Part shown: piece after piece, positions 1 through 13,612 of the stretch | How the letters are laid out: every line of letters begins with the position of its first letter | Numbering within the stretch: position 1 is the first letter of the stretch | Assembly (NCBI RefSeq): GCF_009914755.1 | Contig: NC_060944.1 | Source: the human T2T-CHM13v2.0 reference genome, Homo sapiens | Strand: one strand, 5' to 3' | Length of the DNA stretch: 64,000 nt | Position numbers and translations under genes: made by a program | The notes under the pieces: model-generated | What the model was told of the DNA's origin: nothing | Databases searched by the model: none | Seen by the model: only the letters and a program-made list of their open reading frames with translations

Positions 1-1337
1 TTTGTCATTTCTAGAATGATACATGAATAGAATTATACAGTATGTAACCACTAGGATTGGCGTTATTTCACTCAGCGTGATTCTCAGGAAATTCATCCAA
101 ATTATTGTCTCTATCAACAGTTCATTCCTTTTTAGCTGAGTATTATTCCATGGTATGGATGTACCACTGTTTAACCATTCACCCATTGAAAGCCATCTGG
201 GTTCTTTCCAGCTTTTTGCTGTTATGAAGAAAGCTGTTATGAATATTCATGTACAGGTTTTTATAGAAACATAAATTTCTATTTTTCTGAGATAAATATT
301 TAAGAGCACAATTGCTGGGATGTATGGCAATTTTATGTTTGGATATATAAATAACTGTCAAATTATTTTCCAGAGTTACTATGTCATTTTACATCCGTAA
401 CAGCAGTGTATGAATGATCCTGTGTCTTTGCATCCTTTCCAAAGATCAAAGACAAGCATTTGGTCTTGTATCAAGTTTTTGAATTTTTTTTACTCATTCT
501 GATAGGTATGCGTAATATATCACTGTGGTTTTAGTTTGCATTTCCCTAATGGCTAATAAAGTTGCATATCTTTAATTGTGCTTATATATCATTTGTATAC
601 CCTCTTCAGTGAAATGTCTGTTCATGTCTTTTGCCAATTTTTGAATTGAGTGTTGTTTTTTACTCTTTTGATAACTCTTTGTATATTCTAGATACTAATC
701 CTTTGTCAGATACGTGATTTGCAAATACATTCTTTCAGTCAGTACCTTGTTTTCCTCTCAATAGAATATTTCACAGAGCAAAAGTTTTTAATTTTGATGA
801 GGTCCAATTTATTATTTTCTTTTCTGGATCATGCTTTTGGTGTCAAACCTAAGAACTCTACCTAAGAACACTTTCCCTAACCCCAAATGCCTTAAAAGTT
901 TTTCTGTTTTCCCCCCAAAAGCATTATAATTTTATGTTTTACATTTATGTTTGTGAACAATTTTGAGTTAATTTTTAGATAAGGTATGAGGTTCAGGTTG
1001 ATGATCATTTTCGTTTGTCTACTAATATCCAACTGCTTCAGTATAATTTGTTTAAAAGGCTATCCTTTATTTAATTGCTTTTACACCTTTGTCAAAAATT
1101 AATTGGGTACATTCATGCAGGTCTATTTCTGGGTTTTCTGTTCTTTCCCATTGGTCAGAATAAATTACTATAGCTATACAGGAAACCTTAATATTGGTAG
1201 AATAATAAAATGAAATGAAACAATTTATTCTTCTTTGTTCAAGATTGTTTTAGCTATTATAGGGCTTGTGCCTTTCCATATAAATTTTAGGATAAACTTG
1301 CCTTACTATATACACACACATGCACCCCTTATGAGTA

Positions 1338-1986
1338 CAGGCATATCTTGTTTTATTGTACTTTGATTTATTGTGCTTTACAGATATTGTGTTTTCTACA
1401 GATTGAAGGTTTGTGACAACCTTGTGTCAAGTAAGTCTCTTAGCGACATTTTTTCCAACAGTTTATGCTCATTTAATTAGCATTTTTAACAATAAAGCAT
1501 CCTTAAAAATTAATGCATAATATGTGTACACATTTTGGGGGTACATGTGATATTTTGATACATGAATATAATATTTGGAATATTCATCTCTTTAAACATA
1601 TATCTTTTCTTTATATTGAAAACATTCCAGTTCTTTTCTTCTAGCTATTTTGAATGGTACAATACATTATTCCGAACTATAGTCACTGTCCTGTACTATT
1701 GAACACCGAATCTTATTTCTTCTATCTAACTGTATTTCTGTACCTATTAACCATCCTCTCTTCATCCTCTCTCTTCGCTACCCTTCCCAGCCGAAAGTAT
1801 TTTTTCACTAAGGTGAGTACATTGTTTTTAAGATATAATGCTATTAAGCACTTAATAGGTTGTAGTGTAAACATAACTTTTATACGCACTAGGAAGCTAA
1901 AAAATTTATCTGACTTGATTCATTGTGATACTCACTTTATCACAGTGGTCTAGGCCTGAATCTGTAATATCTCCAACATATGCCTG
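1338..1986 (+). mobile_element. Internally deleted Tigger1 (TcMar-Tigger), split by an L1 fragment
   Basis: Termini caggcatatcttg...aacatatgcctg, with TA at 1336-37 and 1987-88; both ends match the remembered Tigger1 consensus. Confidence 0.85.
1501..1793 (-). mobile_element. L1MA-type 3' end fragment nested in Tigger1
   Basis: ggggtacatgtgatattttgatacatg L1MA 3' UTR motif; flanked by aaagcat (1494-1500) and aaagtat (1794-1800), a probable TSD. Confidence 0.75.
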
Positions 1987-3199
1987 TATTTTGATAAGAA
2001 TTACATTAAGCCAACAGATCAATTTGGGGACAATTGATGTTTTTACTATGTAGTGTTTTCTAATCCATGGACATAAGTATGTTTCCCTGCTTATTTAGGT
2101 CTTACTTGATTTCCTTCATCACCATTTTCTAACTTCAGCATGTCTTAAGTTTATACCTGAATATTTAATTGCTTTGGAGTTTTTTATTTCAGTTTACACA
2201 TGTTCATTGTCAACTTTATTGAGAAATAAGACTGATTTTTGTGTGTTGATCCCTTATCTTGTGATCTTGCTGAACTCATTTGTTAATTGTAGATTTTTTT
2301 TTGTAAATTCCTTGAGACTTTCTAGATTAAAAAAAAGTCATCTGTAAATAGAGACATTTTTATTTCTTCTTTCTCCAATCTGTATTCCTTTATTTCTTTC
2401 TCTTGCTTTATTGCAATGGCTAGAACTTCCAGCACTGTGTTGAGTAAGAATGATGAGAGTGGACATACTTGCCTTGTTCCTGATCTGAGGGAAAAAAGCA
2501 TTTAATATTTTACTGTTGAGTATGATGTGATCTGTAGAATTTTCTGTGGATTCTTTTTATCAAGTAGAGGTCATTCTGTTCAATTCCTAGCTTGCCGAGA
2601 GATTTTCTTTTACATGGGTATTAAATGTTATCAAATGTCTTTTCTATGTCAGTTGATATGACCATCTACCTTTTCTCCTTTAGACTGTTGCCGATATTGT
2701 AAATTATATCGATTGCTTTTGGAATGCTGAACCAATCCTGTGTATCTAGAATACATTTCACTTGATTATAGTGTATAACTGTTTTTATAGATTGTTAGAT
2801 TTGGTTTACTAATATTTTGTTGACGACGTTGGCATCTTCATGAGAGATATTAGTTTTCCCTTTGTACTGACCTTGTCTGATTTTGATATCAAGATAATAT
2901 TGGCCTCAAAATGCATTGGAGACTATTCCCTCCTCTTTCATTTTCTGGAAGAGATTATGTAAAAGTGGTGTCAATTCTTCTTTAAATTTTTGATAAATTT
3001 CCCTAGTGACACCATCAGGGCCTGGGGATTTTTTTTAGAACATTTTAATTACAATGTCAATTACTTTAATGGTTATCTACTCTTGCAGATTATGTATCTA
3101 TTCTTGGTTAAGTTTTGGCAGTTGGAGAAATTGGTCTGTTTCTTCTTAGTTGTTAAAGTTATGAACATAAAGTTGTTCTTAGTATTCCCTTATTAAGTT

Positions 3200-3830
3200 T
3201 TGAGAGCTTTCTTTAACCATCCTTTAAGGGTGAGACTGTTGGTAACAGATTCTTTCAATGTTTTTTCATCTAAGAATGTCTTTTTTCCCCCTCTTATTCC
3301 TGAAGGTAGTTTCACTGGATATCAGATTCACAGTTGATAGTTCTTTTCTTCAACATAAAAAAGTGTTGTGACACTTTCCTCTGACCTCCATGGTTTCACA
3401 TGCAAAACCTGCTATTATTTGAGTTGGTGTTCTCTTATATGTAATGCATAATTTCTTTCTGATTGCTTTTAAGATTTGTTCTTTGAACTTATTTTTCAGA
3501 AGTTTAACCATCATGTGCCTTGCCTTGAATTTCTTTGGGCTTATCATAATTGCGGTTAGCTCAGCTTCTTGAATGTTTATGGCTTTCATCCAGTTTGAGA
3601 AGTTTTTAGCTCTTATTTCTCTAAATACTTTTTCAGCTCCATATTCTCTCTCCTTTCCTTCTACAACCCTGATCATATAAATGTTAGATCTTTTGTTACT
3701 GCTCCATAGGTCTCTGAGTATCTGTTCATTTTTTCTCTATTTTCTCCTTTTTGTTCAAATTGAGTAAGTTCTATTTATTTCTTCAAGTTTACTGATTCTA
3801 TCTCTGTCATATCCACTTAATACTTATGAC
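3200..3830 (-). mobile_element. Old L1M ORF1 remnant
   Basis: ORF 3350-3676(-) (...NIQEAELT...RHMMVKLLK...KEQILKAIRKK...ITYKRTPTQI...) resembles the RRM/C-terminal part of L1 ORF1p. Confidence 0.75.
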
Positions 3831-4333
3831 TCTAGATATTCAGAGTGAGGTGTGGCGCACTTTGGTAGTGAAGGAGCTGAAGAATTGAAGTGGCCAAATT
3901 CACTGTCTTTCAATTCCAGAGAAAATATCAATGGAGGAAGAGATTCTCCTACCTCCCTGGATACATAACACCTTTAGGATGTCAACAGACATTTTAAAAG
4001 CTGTTGGTGTCAGAGAGACTTATCCAGGAAGTGATAAAGGTGGCTTGTGAGATCTGGAAGCTGAATATTGTTAATGAAGGATAAAGTTCTATACGGAAAC
4101 ATACTTCCAAACACATTACTCATCTATTTATGTTCTCTTTGCTTGATAATTTGGAGCTTCAGTCATGTTTTTAGGGTGAATACTATTTACACATTATTTC
4201 CCATTGCTGCCATGGTTCTATTTTCAGGGCAAAGAAATTCCATAATTGGGATTATAGAAGAAGAACCAGCAGCCACTGGGAAAACCAGAATGTTCCTCAG
4301 ATCAATAAATGAGCTAATATTTGAATGAGTGAG

Positions 4334-4701
4334 TTATATGGTTTGGCACTCGGTCCCAAGGCAAATCTCATCTTGAATTGTAATCCCCATATGTCAGAGG
4401 AGAGGCCTGGTGGGAGGTGGCTGTATCATGGCAGGAGATTTCCCCCTTGCTGTTCTCTTGATAGTGAGTGAGTTCTTATGAGATCTAACAGTTTAAAAGT
4501 GTAGCACTTTCCCCTTCGTGCTCTCTCACCTGCCACCATGTAAGACTTGCCTTGCTTCTCCTTCACTTTCTGCCATAATTGTAAGTTTCCTGAGGCCTCC
4601 TCTCCAGCCATGCAGAACTGTGAGTCAATTAAAACTCTTTTCTTTGTAAATTACCCAGTCTCAGGTATGTCTTTATAGTAGTATGAGAATGGACTAGTAT
4701 A
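4334..4701 (+). mobile_element. MaLR solo LTR (MSTA-like)
   Basis: atatggtttgg...caaatctcatcttgaattgtaatcccc...aattacccagtctcaggtat. Confidence 0.85.
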
Positions 4702-5227
4702 GTGGGCTAAGAGTGGCATAGAACACATGGATGTTTTGGGCATGTTTCTGAAGATATTTGATAGAGGGAATGGAAGGTGGATTTGATCAATCACTTGGGG
4801 CTTGGCAGATCATATATGTATTTATTTTAAATATACTGTACATGAAGCTTCTCTGACCAGAAAGACATATGCCGTCATTGAAGGTATTATGTGAGAACAT
4901 GAGCTCTTAAGTTGAAATGGAAAATACAACATTTGAGCTTGCTTACTTTCAACAATCGAGAAAAGAATAGAGACTAATATTGATATTTCAAACATTACGG
5001 AAGTGTGTGAAATTAAAAAAATAAACTTCTACTCACAGTTCCCATGTTGCTAATCTACTGTCATATAACCCTCTGTGGATCTTTTTTCAGCCTATTAATT
5101 TTATGTGATCCCAGTATGGATTAGCATTTCAGTTCATGATGGTTCAAGACTTATCTGATCTACAATTCCCAAAGCTACCTTCACTACTTATCCAGATAGA
5201 AAGAAATACATTATTATGCTTTATAGG

Positions 5228-5604
5228 TGTATTAGTCTGTTCACATGCTGCTGATAAATGCATACCTGAGACTGGATATTTATACAGAAAAAGAGGTTTA
5301 ATGGACTCACAGGTCCATGTGGCTGGGGAGGGCTTGCAATCATGGCAGAACGCAAAAGTCACATCTTACATGACAGCAGACAAGAGAGAATGAGACAACC
5401 AAGCAAAGGGGGTTTCCCCTTATAAAACCATATAAAACCATCAGCTCTCCTGAGACTTATTTACTACCTGGAGAACAGCATGGGGGATATCACCCTGCCA
5501 TGATTCAATTATCTTCCACTTGGTCCCTCCCACAACACGTGGGAATTATGGGAGCTAAAATTCAGTATGAGATTTGGGTGGGGACACAGAGCCAAACCAT
5601 ATCA
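5228..5604 (-). mobile_element. THE1 (MaLR) solo LTR
   Basis: tgtattagtctgtt...gagatttgggtggggacacagagccaaaccatatca. Confidence 0.9.
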
Positions 5605-5825
5605 ATACACAAGTATATAGCGGGGAAAAAACAGAACTCCTATAGACATAGACACAAAGAAATGCATAGCTCTGTGTCACAAACAAATAATACCTGAAAA
5701 TGGAAACAGAACACTCACAAAGATATTGTGATATCAGATTATTATCTGAATATTCTAATCTTTAGGTCAGAGCTCTTTATCCCAGAAATCCTAGTATTGA
5801 GAATTTATCCTAAGAAAACAATCTT

Positions 5826-6137
5826 TTTTTTTTTTTTTTTTTTAGATGGAGTCTCGCTCTCTTTGTTGCTCAGGCTGGAGTGCAGTGGCTTGGTCTCGGC
5901 TCATTGAAAGCTCCGCCTCCTGGGTTCACACCATTCCCCTGCCTCAGCCTCCCGAGTAGCTGGGACTATAGGCACCCGCCACCACGCCCAGCTAATTTTT
6001 TTTTTTTTTGTATTTTTTTAGTAGAGACGGGGTTTCACCGTGTTATCCAGGATGGTCTCCATCTCCTGACCTTGTGATACACCTGCCTTGGCCTCCCAAA
6101 GTGCTGGCATTACAGGTGTGAGCCACTGTGCCAGGCC
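5826..6137 (-). mobile_element. AluY-like SINE
   Basis: Full dimer with poly-T; perfect 13-bp TSD agaaaacaatctt at 5813-5825 and 6138-6150. Confidence 0.93.
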
Positions 6138-6305
6138 AGAAAACAATCTTAAAGTAGAAAACACAACTTCATGCCTCAAGAAATTTATTGCAGATTATTA
6201 ATAACAGCAGAGGGTAAGCTGTATCATACATGTACAGAAGTTGAATGCTTATGTCGAGTGCATTGTATTCATTTAATGATGTACTAGCAAATGATCTTAA
6301 GAGCA

Positions 6306-6696
6306 TGCCTTACTCCATTTATGCTTCTATAACAGAATACTACAGACTGAGGAATGTATAAAGAACAGAAATTTATTTTACCACAGTTCTGGAGGCTGGG
6401 AAGTCCATGATCAAGGCACTAGCAGATTTGGTTGTCTGGTGAGGGTTGCTCTCTGCTTCCAAGATGGCACCTTATTGCTGCATCCTTCAGAGGGGAGAAA
6501 CATTGTGTCCTCACATGGCAAAATGCAGAAGGGCAAGCAGGATAAACTCCCTCAGTCGAGCCCTCTCATGAGGGCATCTAATCCCATTCACTAGGGAGGA
6601 GCCCTCATGGCCAATTACCTCTTACAGGTCCCACCTGTTAACAGAAGCACATTAGGCACACCTGAGTTTTGGAAGAGACACATTCAAACCACAGCA
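6306..6696 (-). mobile_element. MaLR solo LTR (MSTC/MSTD-like)
   Basis: cagttctggaggctgggaagtcc...cattcaaaccacagca; perfect 5-bp TSD gagca at 6301-05 and 6697-6701. Confidence 0.85.
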
Positions 6697-6701
6697 GAGC
6701 A

Positions 6702-6890
6702 CAAAATCAGATAGACCTGGGCTCAAATTCTGACTCCTGTACGTACCTGGGTAAGTTATAAATTTGTTAAGCATATTTCCTTTTGTATTATATAAAATAG
6801 AACTAATTATTCCTTCTTCACAAAGTTATTGTAAATAACTAATGAAATATACATATAAAGCAGATAGTACAATGTCTGGAAGAGAGGACA
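6702..6890. mobile_element. MIR SINE
   Basis: agacctgggctcaaattctgactc...ataaaatagaactaattattccttcttcacaaagttattgt core. Confidence 0.6.
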
Positions 6891-6927
6891 CATTTGGAAT
6901 AGGTGTTTGAAAAATACAGCTTTTGTC

Positions 6928-7107
6928 CTGCTGCTTCTTTTATAAATAAAGCTTTATTGAAACACAACCGTACCCATTTGATACCAATTGTCTATGGTTG
7001 CTTTTATGCTACAATAACAGAGTTGGGTGTTTGTTACAGAGAGAGCATGATCTGCAAAGCCTAAAACATCTATCAAATAGCTCCTTAAGAAAGTTTGCCA
7101 ACTTCTG
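6928..7107. mobile_element. MER58A (hAT-Charlie MITE)
   Basis: ataaagctttattgaaacacaacc...aaagtttgccaacttctg. Confidence 0.75.
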
Positions 7108-7811
7108 ATTTAGTTCATAGTAATGATTTCACAACTATAAAAGGTGTTTTGTAAACAATAGCAAAATAAAAAATAAAAACTAGGTTATATGCTTAATGGA
7201 AAAAAATAACCTAAATCTATACTCATATTTGATAGTTAAAACTATGTTGACTTTATAACTGCTTATACAGCACTTAAAAGGAAGAGAAATAAAACCGATT
7301 CATTAGATTTAAGGAATTTTAAGAGATATTCCTCTTCCAAATTTATTGTTTTTAAAAAAGTAGAAGTGCAATAACAATTATCATTGAAAAATCATGTCAC
7401 CTCTTAAAGAGTTCAGGAATTCAAGTCCTCTCTGGGTGTGGTCATGAGTGTCTCTAGGGAAATATAGGCAACTTCAATTAGAAATTCTCTGGCCTATGTG
7501 GTTGTTCTCAAGGTTCAGGTGTCTACTGATCAGAGGGTAAAATGAAGTTCCTTCTTTACTCCCTTTCCAGCTCCTTCAGCCAGAGCCAAAGTATTTCTGG
7601 CTATAGGGCTTAGGCTTATTAGAAATGCAAAATAAGTATCTAATAGTAGGCTTTTTAATAGAACTGTTCTTAGCTGTCAAAAGCAAATTTATATTACCAC
7701 ATTGATTAGTTGCTGAAGACTTGCAAAGCTTCTATTTCTGATGGGATTGGGACTGACTATAGTTAATGTTTTTTTTTTTCCTGTTGTGTTGCATATTCCT
7801 GTTTCCTGCTC

Positions 7812-7905
7812 TGTGTGTATGTGTGTGTGTGCATATACATGTATATGTATATATGTAATAGTTCACACATATATAATACACATTGTATATATGGTATATA
7901 TACAC
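7812..7905. repeat. (TG)n/(TA)n degenerate microsatellite
   Basis: tgtgtgtatgtgtgtgtgtgcatatacatgtatatgtatatatg. Confidence 0.8.
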
Positions 7906-8026
7906 TTTTAAAGGGATTTTAAAGGCATTTTTATGGTTAGGCTAATTCTCTTTCCTCTTGAATTTTTTTCATAGCATGTTTTATATAAAGGTAAAACATC
8001 TAATTGACTTAATAGCAAGTTTATCT

Positions 8027-8481
<455 letters not shown>

Positions 8482-8594
8482 TAAATATATTTTATGCTTC
8501 TTTTTCTCTCTCCTGTCCCTCTTGAAATCCGGTTACACATGTGTTGGACAATTTCATATTGTCCTGTAGGTCACTGAAACTCTGATACATTTTT

Positions 8595-8797
8595 TGTTTA
8601 AAAAAGTAATTTCAACTTTCATTTTAGATCCAAGGGGTACATGTGTAGGTTTGTTACATGGGTATATTGCATAATGCTGAGGTTTGGGGTACAAATGATG
8701 TCATCACTTAGGTACTGAGCATACCCAGTAATTTTTCAAGCCTCACCCCCTCACTGTTCCCCACTCCTATAGTCCCTAGTGTCTATTGTTGCCACCT
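8595..8797 (-). mobile_element. Short 5'-truncated L1 (L1PA16/L1PB-like 3' end)
   Basis: ggggtacatgtgtaggtttgttacatgggtatattgc; 12-bp TSD tgatacattttt at 8583-94 and 8798-8809. Confidence 0.85.
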
Positions 8798-9327
8798 TGA
8801 TACATTTTTCAATCTTTTTTCTCCTCTTTAAATTGGATAATTTCTAAGAATTTGTCTTCAAGTTTACTGAGCCTTTTTTCTGTAATCTCCAGTTTGCTGA
8901 TGAGCCCATCAAGTTATTTTTTTCATTTCAGATGAATTTTCTGCTTTTGGATCTCTATTTCATTCTGTTTCATAGTTTTCATTTTTCTTTCTCCGATGTT
9001 CCCCATTTGTTTCCTCGGTTTCCTTTAAATTATTGAATATATTTATGGATCTTTTCCTGCTAATGTTAGCATCTTAAATGAGGTCTTTTTGTATTTATTA
9101 TTGTCTAGTATTGTCCAGCTTTCCTGCTTCTTCACATGTCTGGTAATTTTTTATTATATGCTGAATATTGTGGATTACTCAATAGAAGTTGGATCGTGTT
9201 GTCTTCCTTTAAAGAGGGTTGACTTTTGTTCTGGCAGGAAGTTAATGGACTGGTGGTTCTCCTTGATCTTACTGAGTCTTGGTTTTCAGCTTTATTAAGT
9301 GGGTCCAGAATAGCCCTTACTCTAGGG

Positions 9328-9497
9328 TAAGAGTTGGCAAGCTTCGGTAAAGGACCAGATAGTAAATATTTTAGGCTCTGTGGGCTACATATGGTATCTG
9401 CCACATATTCTTACTCATTTTATTTTATGATCCTTTAAAAATGTAAACTCCATTCTTAGCTTGTGGGCCATGCAAAAGGAGGCCATGGGCTTGTAGT
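9328..9497. mobile_element. MER58-family (MER58C-like) hAT MITE
   Basis: gttggcaagc...gtaaaggaccagatagtaaatattttaggc...cattcttagcttgtgggcc. Confidence 0.7.
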
Positions 9498-10639
9498 CTT
9501 TCTGGTGTGTCAGTTAAATATCTAGGGTATTAATGAGGGCTCTGTACTCTGGCTGGACTGAAATACCATCTGTAAGCACTGGGTGAACTCTAGTATTTCT
9601 GTTCCACTCTCAACCCATTGGCAGCTACTTTCTGCTAGGTCCCATGGAGCCTCGCTCTGTACTTTTTCACCTGAACTCCTAGCCAAGGACCTGCAGGACA
9701 CTCCCACTCAGACTTCTGGAGTTCCTTCACTCTATTACCATGCTGCACACAGTCTAACTGGTTCAGTTAATTTCAGTAGCTGCCTCTTTCTGAATTTCGG
9801 TGGCTGCCTCTCCCATTCAGTAGGACCATCCTGCTCTGCTAAAGCTTGCTACCTATGTGTGCCATGGTTAGGAAATTTTTCAAAGACAAGGATCAGAGAT
9901 GGATTTAGACTTCTCTTCCTATGTTTCCCCTGCCTATAGGCCAATGTCTGGAAACAACTGCCTCAGCTATGCCTCCATTTCATGCTTACTTATCACAAGA
10001 GGTCAAGTCTGGTACTGATTACTGTGTTAGGGCTGGAGAGGGAAATCCCACGGTGGTATTTTAGAAAACCATTTGACAATATCATTCTCATGCTTCAAGT
10101 CCTTGAATGACTCCTTTTCACACCAAGGATAAAAATACAAACTCCTAAACTTTGTGCCCAAGATTCTTCACAATCTTTTGCCTATTTACTTCCTTTGCCC
10201 CATCTTCTGCCATGAACCCTGTGCTTCAGGCATACTGAGCTTTGAACCAATGCTCCAACATATCTTTTATGCTTCTGTGAGTGTGTTCTACCTGTTAAGT
10301 CTTAATATCATTTATTCATTCTGGGCCTGATCAAATTCTTCTCATTCTTCACTTTCATGTCACTGCTTTTGGGTTGATTTCCTGAACTCCTCTAGGTAAG
10401 GTTAGATGGTAAATCTATGTATTCCCATATCAATTTGTACATCCTTTAAAATACTTATCATTTTGTTTTAATTACTTGCTATACGTCTTTCAGGTTCCAA
10501 ATTCATATTCTTTCTGGTGAGAAGGGACATTGAATGGTGTTGTCCAGGGGTAAGACACGGAATATGGTGGAGACTGCTCACCTGGACCATGGATACCTTG
10601 TCTAGAGGGTACTATGGTTATTAGCATGAACTTATTCTT

Positions 10640-10737
10640 GATGTATGATAATACAAACCCAGTGTTGCCAAACTGCCTAATTTTTCAAGAGAAGCTGGAA
10701 TTCAGGATTTATACATGTAATTTCCTGATTTTTAAGT

Positions 10738-10781
<44 letters not shown>

Positions 10782-10848
10782 TAAAGGCCAAACAAAATTT
10801 CTGTGGGCTGAATATATCCCTCGAGCTGAAAGTTTTTTGCCTCTGCAC
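10640..10848. mobile_element. hAT-Charlie MITE (MER103-like) containing a CA repeat
   Basis: ttttcaagagaagctggaattcaggatt...ggccaaacaaaatttctgtgggctg. Confidence 0.5.
10740..10779. repeat. (CA)n microsatellite, about 20 units
   Basis: Pure acacac tract. Confidence 0.97.
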
Positions 10849-11479
10849 TAGAAAATGGTTTGGAGTAAAATTTCCATTGTTACAACAATGCAGGCAGATG
10901 ATATTTTTGGATCAGATGCAGTATTTTTTGCCACCAAATATGTTAAATATCCAACAAGCCATGGCTGAGACATTACACCAAGTCCATGCTGATAAGAACT
11001 TTTCATTTGTTTGCTTCATATGTGATCTGTAGATTCATGGCACTAACTACTATTTGTAGATCACATAACTTTGGAATTTGTAGGGGCCTGAGCAGTTATT
11101 CTCAGAGTCTATGCTGGAACTGCCTTTTCTCTATAACATCTTGGATAGATCGCAGTCCATCCGTAAATAGTGCACACCTAATATAGCAGAACTCTTACCT
11201 TGTAAGGTAATTTAGTTAATTATCAAGCACTTCACTTATCTAAGAGGTTTTCATTATATTAAACAAATCCAGTTTCCCCGTTAAGTAGTCTTATTGACCT
11301 TTTGGAATTCTATAGCAATATCTAATTCCTCTTCTGTTGGATGGTGCTAATTATCTCAATAAAGCTACCAAAAAAAAACCCAAAAAACTTCTGATCCTAA
11401 GTCTTATGAACTCCCTGTAAAACAGCAATGATTCCTTCTCTTATTTTCCTTTGTCATGGTTTCCTTCATCTACCCCAAA

Positions 11480-12060
11480 CTGATTCTGGATGTTAGCAAC
11501 AGCTCATGTGAAATGTGAATAGAATGCTCTAGGGCTTTCTGGTCAACACAAGATACTCGTCTCAAAGACATAGATGGCCACATAGCTGTAGACGCTGTAA
11601 ATGCAGCAAGGTTGAATTTACTGTTCAGCTTCCTCATCATGTGGTTGTCCTACAGTGAGCTTACTATCAACTTAGGTTCCTCGGCTACTTTAGTCATATT
11701 TTTCTTTAGCCATGTTTTCCCATCCTGAAACTTCATAGCTGGCTTTATGGACTTAGGTGCAGTAATGTTCATTTCTATCATATTATTTTATTGTATTAGA
11801 GATGATCCATTCTCCATTTTTAATGAGTTGGAAGAATAGATCATCTCTACTACAATAAAATTGAGACGAATGATTCATCTCAATTTTAATTTATTTGTTC
11901 ATTCATTCATTCATTCATTCATTCAACTATGTATCAAGCACCCATTTATGTGCCAAGTACTAAAAGTACAATGATGAAGATACTCGGAGATTAATGCTAA
12001 TTATTCACCTTGTTTACTGCTGCTTCAAATTTTGTATCACCTGTGAATGGGATGAGCACA
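11480..12060 (-). mobile_element. L3/CR1 LINE reverse-transcriptase remnant (interrupted)
   Basis: Reverse complement of 12012-12056 translates LIPFTGDTKFEAAVN (CR1 consensus about LIKFADDTKLGGVVN); 11500-11816 continues the CR1 pattern in degenerate form. Confidence 0.65.
11889..11990 (-). mobile_element. L2 3' end with (TTCA)n tail
   Basis: ttcattcattcattcaactatgtatcaagcacccatttatgtgccaagtac. Confidence 0.75.
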
Positions 12061-12089
12061 TTAAGGTGACAAAAATGGCCAACTAAGAT

Positions 12090-12800
12090 TATATGCCAGA
12101 TATAGAAAGATGTTTGAGAATGTCTCGATGTAATTTACTACATTAACACTTTAAAAAGGAGAAAAAAATTTTATAATAAAAATAAATGTAGAAATGGAAT
12201 TTGATAAAATGATTCATCTTTTCTTTGTGTTAAGATAAAAACCCTGTAGATTAATATGGAAAATAATTTCTTAACTTGATAAAGAATATCTTCTGAAAAG
12301 TGACAGCAAGCATTATAATTAATTGAATAGACATAGAAGCATTTTTTAAGGTTAAGAATAAGGTATAGATGCCTATCATTGTCACTTTTGTCTAAAACTA
12401 TATTGGAAGCTTCAACCAACACAATAACAGTATGTAAAGTAATCACAGGTATGAGGATTGAAAAGAAAAAGACAAAAGGTCATTATTTTTAAGCAATATG
12501 ATTGTTCATATAGAAAGATAATCTACTTATAATCATTACAACTAATAAGAGAGATTAGTAATATTGCTGTATACAAAATCAGAGTATTAAAAAAGTTTAT
12601 ATACATCATGAACAATTAGAAAATGTAGTATAAAAATACATATTATCTGTAATATTAGCAAAACTATACATGGCTTAGGAATACAATGTGCAATACTTTA
12701 GGGAAAAATTATAATGCTTTACTAAAGGTCATAGAAGAAAATTCAAGAGAGAGACATGTGTTCATGGAGAGTAAGATCAATAGTGTAAAGATGTCAATTT
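12090..12800 (+). mobile_element. Old L1M ORF2 (RT region) fragment
   Basis: A-rich degenerate L1 ORF2 (aaatggaatttgataaaat; aggtcattatttttaagcaatatgattg; aagatgtcaatt). Confidence 0.7.
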
Positions 12801-13103
12801 TAAAGAACTTGAACCCTGTGGGAAAAGCACTGCAGGAGAAGTGTAAGTATTGGGTGATGGTTGAGGTCAGCCAAGCACAGCATCATGGTATCAGGAAATT
12901 AGCAACTGAGACTTCACATGCTAAGACTGCATGACAAAATGAGAAGATAGATGGCCCATGTTTGGTGGTGAAGGGGGTGAAGTTAGTGTTTATAATACAA
13001 TTCTATTTCCAGTAGAAAAATTAAATAACTAAAAATAGTCTCCGTTATGTAGACTGTGTATATATGATGAAATGAGAAAGGCTACTACTCTGTGGCCCTT
13101 CTG

Positions 13104-13612
13104 TGTATAGTCCGTGTCCTTTTTGAAATGGATAGAATACTCAGATGGGGGTAGTAAGGGAGAGTTTAAAGAACTATTTATAGGACTATCAACAGGGGTG
13201 GGGGATACCTAAAATGATGGTAAAGCAGCTAGGGGCTGGCAATAGGTCGGAGTCACTGTGATCCCTAGGCTGAAGACGCATAGGGTTAATGGCTGTTAAT
13301 GGAAATCAGAGACATAGTTGTAGCTGTAGGAGGATCAAGAGATGGCAATTGTTACTTTCTGTAGAGGAACACAGCCACTGCTAAACAATGGCCCAGCAGA
13401 GAGGACTTGGTGGAATAAATATCACAACCTCGCTCCTCTCCTACCCTCCATTTATCTGTTGGTGACCTCCATTGACCAACTCCTACTGAAAGTCAGAGAG
13501 AAAAAAAAATCCCATTGGTGTAGTCCATAAAGGTCGACATCCCAGAGCACAGAGCAGGGCAAAGAAGAGCAAATAATGGATTTAGAGGGGAAAAGAGAGA
13601 ATGTTCAGCGCA
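13104..13612 (-). mobile_element. ERVL LTR (LTR33-like)
   Basis: ggaataaatatc...ccattgacc...cagagcacagagcagggc...ggatttagagggg. Confidence 0.6.

Larger units (their letters stand above)
1..3190 (-). mobile_element. Old L1M (L1MC/MD-like) 3' UTR and ORF2 fragment, interrupted by Tigger1
   Basis: T-rich antisense L1 phrases (attccatggtatggatgtaccac; ggacatacttgccttgttcctgatct) on both sides of the 1338-1986 insertion. Confidence 0.8.

Noticed and set aside
10375-10402. Second AG|GTAAG juxtaposition (tctag|gtaagg)
   Set aside because: It has a weaker pyrimidine tract and lies in probable L2-derived sequence. It also shows that such motifs can arise by chance.
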